A DNA stretch of 33,446 bases, taken from Jimgerdemannia flammicorona (lineage: Eukaryota). The DNA lies in contig RBNJ01000310.1 of NCBI GenBank assembly GCA_003990765.1, forward strand, positions 1-33,446. Reading direction: 5' to 3'. The translations under genes and the position numbers were made by a program. Below the pieces are notes generated by a model. The model was not told the origin of the DNA. It worked only from the letters and a program-made list of their open reading frames with translations, and ran no database searches. Positions 27,223 through 33,446 of the stretch are shown here, piece by piece. Position 1 is the first letter of the stretch; every line of letters starts with the position of its first letter.

Positions 27223-29325
27223 TCACCAGCCTCGGAACCCCATCGGGCTCATCCCCATCCCCATTTGTGGTGGTATCGACATCGGCATTGCCATCGGTGG
27301 TGGACCGGGCGGACCAGGCGGTGGTCCCATAGGTGATCCTTGAGGGGCGGATGATTTACCCTTGTTCTTGCCTTGGCCACCAGGCGCGTTCTTGGCGTTC
27401 TTAGATGGTGGGGGTGATTTTGGACGAAGTTCTTCGATCTCTTGAAGGGGGGAAGAGGAAATGGAAAGAGAAGGCCCGACATGGTTGATTTGCAATGGTA
27501 ACGAGGTTCTACTCTGGATAGCTTGCCCCGACTACCAGCATTCAAGTATAGAGAAGTCGAAATGGGACTTACTTGGCGTGGACCCCAAGAGATAACCATT
27601 TTGATCACCCGAGAAGTATGAATTATACGTCTTTGCACTGAAGTTCGAGCTCGACAGCGCATTACCAATGGTCAACCAACCACGACGGATATTATGATCC
27701 TGGGTCAACAAACCAGAGATCACCAGTCAGATATGATGAGGCCCAGTCTGACGCAGTTCAAGACCATGCATACCTCTCCAAACAGTTCCAAACGCCGACG
27801 CCCAAGGCAGAAATGTTCGATAATATGGTACAGCTCTTCGGGTTTACGCTGGCCTTGAGTTATACCGCAGTCAAGTATGATGTGTCAGAAATGATGTTCA
27901 CTGATAAGAGCCAACCCTCCAAAATAAACATAAAACATCGTACTCACTCCCAAGGGATGGTTCCTCCGATATGATCACATCTGTGTCAACGTTACAATGG
28001 ATGAAATGCCCGTCTGTGCTCCGGCGCACGGTTCCCTTGATACCCATCAGGCAATGCTCCTTCGTGTGTTGGAGAACCGAGCGGGTCTCAATGAAGTGAC
28101 TGCCCTGGAAGTGATGGATAACACGGAAGCCACGAAATTGAAAAGGGGGTAACTTAGTGGTCAGTGGACTGAGGAATATAGCATACGCCCGTCCGATATG
28201 TCCAAGGAACGACATGCTCGCCAAACCTACCTCCCATGCCCTATTCGTCTTGATCCACACAATGTCCTCACATCTTCTGTACCCCCACTTGGTCAACAGC
28301 TGTCTGCCATGGTCTAGGCCCTCCGAATCGCCGCACCAGATCCAAATGAAGGACGGGTTGGCTGCGACATCCTCAATCTTGAGATTGGCAATTTCTTCAT
28401 ATGACCAATAATCGCGTGATTTGCCAGCAGTGAGTGGAGATCGGCGGCAGTACCTGAGGACGGGTTGTCGCCATCAATTTCCCATAGCCTGCTCAGAACT
28501 TCACATTGCAAATCAACGACGAGAGAAAACACAACTCACTCCTCTAGCGGCGGGTCGATAAGAATAACGTCAAATTTGCACTGCAACGACTTGAGATCAA
28601 AGTTACGCAGGTCAGCCTGCAGGTAAGCAGGGGGTGTGCTGCGCGCATCGACGAGGTCGTTTTTCAGCTTCGTGAGCTCCTTGAGCTTAGGGTATCTGGT
28701 GGAATGATTTTTGAGTATCAGTAATGTCGGGCGGAACATGCTGAAAGAACAGCAGTTGCACACGAAGAACGTACTCATCGAAGCGCTCCTTAAGGTTCGA
28801 GTCACGAATGTAATTATGCGGTCGTTGCCCCGAGTCGACAAAGTTCTGAGAATAGTCGTTTCGTATCGAAGTTTTGGATTGCTCATCCTGCGAACACGGA
28901 TTCAAAATTTAGTTGGTAAGCGTGTTGAGGTCCAGAGTGGTGTCTCATAGACTCCTTTGTTCAATTGAGACCCATCCATCGTAGTCACCCACCTCTCCAT
29001 CCACCGTCGCGCCTGACGAGTCCTTCTCTTTGTCCTTATCCGCAACTTTTTTCTCCTGAATTCTGGTCTCTTCCAAGCGACCACTACGCAATGACTGAAT
29101 CTGAACATCCGTAAAGGCTACTGGAGGAGACCTGCCCGTCGTTCGTCTTCTCTTGACGCGCGCGCCGTCGTCGCCGTCTGACTGACCATCGGTGCGTCGG
29201 AGGTTCACGCCAGCGGCCGTTGGCAAGGCCTGAAGTTTTGAACTGCGACGCTTTTGTCGGTCGGTAATGAGGGCGGAGATCTGGCGGTGTTTCAAGTAAT
29301 CCGCTTCGTCTGTGGGGGGGGCCAT
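27223..29325 (-). CDS. METTL14: METTL14/KAR4-type MT-A70 family subunit of the m6A methyltransferase, multi-exon
   Basis: [158 protein letters not shown] are characteristic METTL14 blocks. Confidence 0.93.
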
Positions 29326-29557
29326 GGTTTGGTCACAAGGACAGAGTTGCAAAGGTGGCGGTGGCCAAGGACGACTTCTCGTGAGCGTTGCGTCACCAAA
29401 TCAATTCCTCGTTATGGTGGCTTAAGCGAAAATACAAGGTCCATACATATATACACCCGTCCCCTTTTTTAATAATCCAAGAATCCCATGAACTCACATA
29501 GCTGCATTTACCGCACAAGTGTAATTCCTAGTCTATAATCATCGCATCCCACATAGC

Positions 29558-31893
29558 CTAGATGTCCAAGAGCAACCTCCTAGGGTCTTCGATGATGTTC
29601 TTAATCTTCACCAGGAAGGTGACGGCCTCACGACCATCGATGAGTCGGTGGTCATACGTGAGGGCGACGTACATCATGGGACGGATCTCGACCTGGTTTA
29701 CGGTTCACGAAAAGAGAGCTCGTAAATTAAGTTTCCTCTAATCGAAGTACCTTCGGAGAAAAAAAAAAAAAAAAAACGACGTACCTTGCCATTGACGGCA
29801 ATCGGCCTCTCCTTAATGGCGTGCATGCCTAAGATGGCGGTTTGGGGTAGGTTGATGATGGGGGTACCGTACAGAGAGCCATAGACACCGCCGTTCGAAA
29901 TGGTGAAGGTACCGCCGGTCATGTCCTCGATGGTGATTTTGTTATCGCGGGCCTGGAGAAATAATTGACGAAATTGAAAACCAAGGCCAATTAATATCAT
30001 GCCTCTTGAGCATTACCCCGCTCAACAACCGCGACAAGCAACACAATGTACAAAATACGATCGATACCTTGGCGCCCAACTCGGCGATCTGTTTCTCCAC
30101 CTCAATAAATGACATCTTTTCCGCATTCCTCAACACCGGGGTGACGAGACCTTTGGGCGTGGCGACAGCGACGCTCAAGTCAATGAAGTCGTGATAGACA
30201 ATCTCCTCGCCGTCGATGGAGGCATTGACGGAAGGTAGCTCGTGCAGGGCGGCGACGGAGGCCTTGACGAAGGCGGACATGAAACCGAGCTTGATGCCGT
30301 GGGTCTTGAGGACAGTGTCCTTGTAGGTGTTGCGGAGGTCGATGAGACTAGACATGTCAATTTCATTAAAGGTTGTGAGCGAGGCGGCGGTGTTCTGGGA
30401 CGCCTTGAGGCGGTTCGCGATGGTCGAACGCATACGGTTCATCTTCACACGGCGCTCTTCTCGGCTGCCATACGCGGACGGGGTACTCCTGGCCGAGGCT
30501 TCCGGACCGGGAGCGGGTTTCGAAGCCGGGGCAGATGTGGCGGGAGCAGGCGCAGCGGGGGCTTTCGGTGCTAACGTAAGATGTCACGGCAATACCCACA
30601 GACAGAACTTTAATTCTCGAGGCATGCTTATGCAAATGAATTCAATATATTTACATGGCAGATATACCAGGTACTGCGGGAGCAGGCGTGACGCCCTCTT
30701 TCTTGGAAGCTTCCTTCAGAGCCTCCTTCGGCGCTTCCTTTGGCGTTTCCTCTGGCGTTTCCTCTGGCGTTTCCTTCGGCGCTTCCTCCGGAGTCTCTTT
30801 CGGCGCTTCCTTGGGTGTCTCCTTAGGCGTCTCTGTGGCACCTGCAAGAATCATATCCCCCAAAAATCATAATATCTTAACAAAATGGAAGGTAAGCAAT
30901 TCCACACTCCGAGAATGCACTAAAACTACGAACCCCCCGACGGCGCATCGCCGAGCTCCAGTTTGAAGAGATCAGCACCAACAGCGACGGTGTCCTCCTC
31001 GTTGGCAAACACCTCGACAATAGTGCCAGAAGCAGGGGAATTCACCGAGATGTCAACCTGGATGGGCACAGACACGAAAAATCGTAGAGCTCATCATCAG
31101 CGGCGGTAATAATCTACAACCGAATCCAAACTCCCTTTAATTATGAACCAGAATTGCCATAAAATTAGCTGCAGAGATAGGTCACCTTGTCGGTTTCAAT
31201 TGTGGCGACTTCCTCGTCTTGTTTGACGAATTGGCCGACCTCTGTGTCATTTCAGTATTCAGAAAAGCGGGCATGAGAACTGAATCGATCATTGCCGCAA
31301 ACCGTTGAATAATCGTGATCAAATGAAAGCGAGCAAACCTACTCTTAAGCCACTGTTTTAGAGTGCCCTCAGAAATCGAATCAGCCATATGTGGCACCTG
31401 GACGACCTTGTCGGCTTCATATGTGTACATTGCATTGGGAACGTATAAATTCGGGGCCTAAGCCACCATAATACCAGACAAGATCACCCACCGTCTCTCC
31501 TCACCCTGGTCCCAAAATGAGCTCCAAGTGAAACTGACCATAGAACCGAACTTGCTGACGCGGGATCACACATAATTTCCTTAATAAAGTAGTTTCGGCG
31601 TTGAAAAGGAGAGACTTAAGAACACCTAATTCACTTTTGTGCTGAACAGCAAGCCGCTGACACCCTCCTTCCCATAAGCATGCCCATTAACATATAACTG
31701 ACAAACAGTATAACACATACCTAAGACGCTCGGAGCCGATCAGCAAGGGAGCTGCGGCGGGCACCTGAACGTGGATAGCACGCGTCTGAGCGACATGCCA
31801 GAGGCTAATGGTGGAGGATCTGGCGGCACTGGCGCGCAAGGCTCGGGCAGAGGACAGTAATAGCGGGGTGGCCCTTGATGAGGACATGATCAT
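29558..31893 (-). CDS. KGD2: 2-oxoglutarate dehydrogenase E2, dihydrolipoamide succinyltransferase (KGD2/DLST), multi-exon with mitochondrial presequence
   Basis: Arg/Ala/Ser-rich N-terminus; lipoyl domain [130 protein letters not shown]. Confidence 0.97.
30700..30835 (-). repeat. Coding 12-bp tandem repeat (E-[T/A]-P-[K/E]) in the KGD2 hinge exon (30841-30668)
   Basis: [46 protein letters not shown], bounded by ttgcag| and |gtatat. Confidence 0.85.
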
Positions 31894-32089
31894 TGGGGGG
31901 AGCAGGGGGCGGGGTAAGGGAGGAGGGGGGATTGTCAAGGGTTTGGTGGGTTTGTGAGAAGGTGTCAGGCGTTTTATTCGTTTTATTCGGATGATCGGGC
32001 CTTGTATTGTTTGGTCACGGGACTCTGACAATCATTCCCATCAACAAACACCTCACCCTCCCTCTCTCTCCACCCAATCCCACCAAACC
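31894..32089. promoter_or_regulatory. Probable bidirectional promoter between KGD2 and NDUFB4
   Basis: Under 200 bp separate the divergent ATGs, and each gene has a C-rich leader on its own strand. Confidence 0.65.
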
Positions 32090-32443
32090 ATGGCTGGCGA
32101 CCACAACCTCCTCAAAGTCGACCCCGCAATCGAGCGGTGGGCTCTCATGCGTGAGAACACTTACAAGCACTTCACCTGGAGCCCGCGGAACACCCGTATT
32201 GTCTTCTTCTTGGGAATCGTCATCCCAGTCGGTCTGACCTGGCTTGCCTTCAAGACCGACGTAAGGAGCTCTATTTCGGTTGTATTAGGAAGGGCCCTCT
32301 TATAACCCGACACTGGTCAATCTTTATAAATCTAACGCGTACTTGTCTGAATACCACTTTTGATCCCCTCATGTGTCCTCTCGTAGAACGTATGGAATTT
32401 TGCCGGTGCTCAGACGAAGGAGGATCTGAAGCGCAAGCGTTGA
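32090..32443 (+). CDS. NDUFB4: Complex I accessory subunit NDUFB4/B15 (exons 32090-32260, 32387-32443; 75 aa)
   Basis: MAGDHNLLKVDPAIERWALMRENTYKHFTWSPRNTRIVFFLGIVIPVGLTWLAFKTD|NVWNFAGAQTKEDLKRKR*. It has the DPAIERW..R...F.W.PR motif plus one TM helix typical of fungal B15, and a phase-0 GT-AG intron. Confidence 0.88.
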
Positions 32444-32942
32444 GGAGCGAACGCGGAGATCGCAACCGGTGGCTAGGCGTTACTGATTCACAATGGACAT
32501 TTAAGGGCTACCAACGAGATGACGGGTGCGAATTGGGACATAGAGAGCTGCTCATCATAAAGACTAACCAAAACAGACCGGTAAATGCATCTTGGCATAT
32601 TCGGCACTGCTTTGGGTTGGTTGAACTTCGTCGAGTATCATACGCGCGATGTGCTACCTCCAGAAGATGCCATTGTTGTCATTTTTGTGAACTGGCAGAG
32701 CACATAACGGTCTAACATTGTACGCAGATTAAAATTATGGACGAAAAGCCAACGCTGGCACCCTTGACGTGCATATAAATGTTTATATTCTATAAACAAG
32801 TGTCATGATACGACTACATCGAATAATTTCTCTTAGCGGCTAAAACAGATCAAAAAGACAGGAAAACAAAATGACTAATGTTACAGTGATGATATCTATT
32901 ATAGCGCAAACACCTACATCTCGCCCATAACCCCTTCCCAAT

Positions 32943-33351
32943 TCACGGCAGCCTGGCCTTCGTATTCACCACCCCCAACTGATCCAGCACAAACGCGTAC
33001 CAGAACGCTACCCCCGCATACCCGCCGTCTTTCGCATCAGAATGAAATCTCCCAAGATCACCGACCTCAACCAGCAGTGGTGTGCACTCAACTGATGCGT
33101 CCACTGCTTTGGCTTCCACGGCCTCATGATCTTCCTTCTCCGGGACCCCATGACACGCAGGATCGTTGTCCTTGTGGTCACGCAGCTTGGCCACGAACTT
33201 GACGGCGTCGTGGTACCGCACGTGGATGTCATTCAAACCCGCCGTGACGAGCGTGGCCGGATAGGATTTTCGAGTACGGATCTGGTCGTAAGGGTTGTAG
33301 ACGCGCATAGCGTCGTAGATGGTTCGATTGTTTGGGTCGCCCCATTCGGAT
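32943..33351 (-). CDS. Last exon of an S9A prolyl oligopeptidase / oligopeptidase B-like protein (gene continues beyond the window)
   Basis: SEWGDPN..YDAMRVYNPYDQI..YPATLVTAGLNDIHVRYHDAVKFVAKLR..AFWYAFVLDQL resembles the OpdB consensus EWGNP..Y.SPYDN..YP.LLVT.GL.D.RV.YWEPAKWVAKLR. Splice acceptor at 33352-33353. Confidence 0.85.
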
Positions 33352-33446
33352 CTGATTTGTACATAAAAAATCATATGTGCTCAAACACTACGATGGATTT
33401 CTCGAAGAACATAAAATGGCAAATGAACCCCCTCCCCCTCCTCCAA

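Noticed and set aside
30242..30966. Plus-strand ORFs with FLWR/FGAS repeats
   Set aside because: Antisense readings of the KGD2 repeat exon and catalytic exon.

Overview
Eukaryotic, intron-rich fungal DNA. The gene set and short GT-AG introns suggest an early-diverging fungus (Mucoromycota-like); this is inference only. There are three zones. (1) 1-2.6 kb: the 3' part of a TCF25/RQC1 gene. (2) ~2.95-18.85 kb: a ~16 kb AT-rich, almost CpG-free graveyard of nested transposons wrecked by C>T/G>A transitions. It holds two copies of a poly(A)-tailed retroelement-like repeat, a Ty3/gypsy integrase with PPT and LTR, a complete 7.2 kb hAT element (TIRs, 8-bp TSD, recognisable BED, catalytic and dimerisation motifs), three hAT-type fold-back MITEs with TSDs, and a ~100-bp tandem array of hairpin-bearing repeats. 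(3) 19-33.4 kb: a compact gene block with a MYST acetyltransferase, an apparently disabled NmrA-like gene, ECT1/PCYT2 (triple E-box promoter), METTL14, KGD2 and NDUFB4 head-to-head, and the last exon of an S9A peptidase with a degenerate catalytic-His motif. No clearly novel multi-gene system is evident. The most interesting signals are the RIP-like, partly non-CpG hypermutation with an age gradient among nested elements, and the hairpin array carried inside the hAT element.
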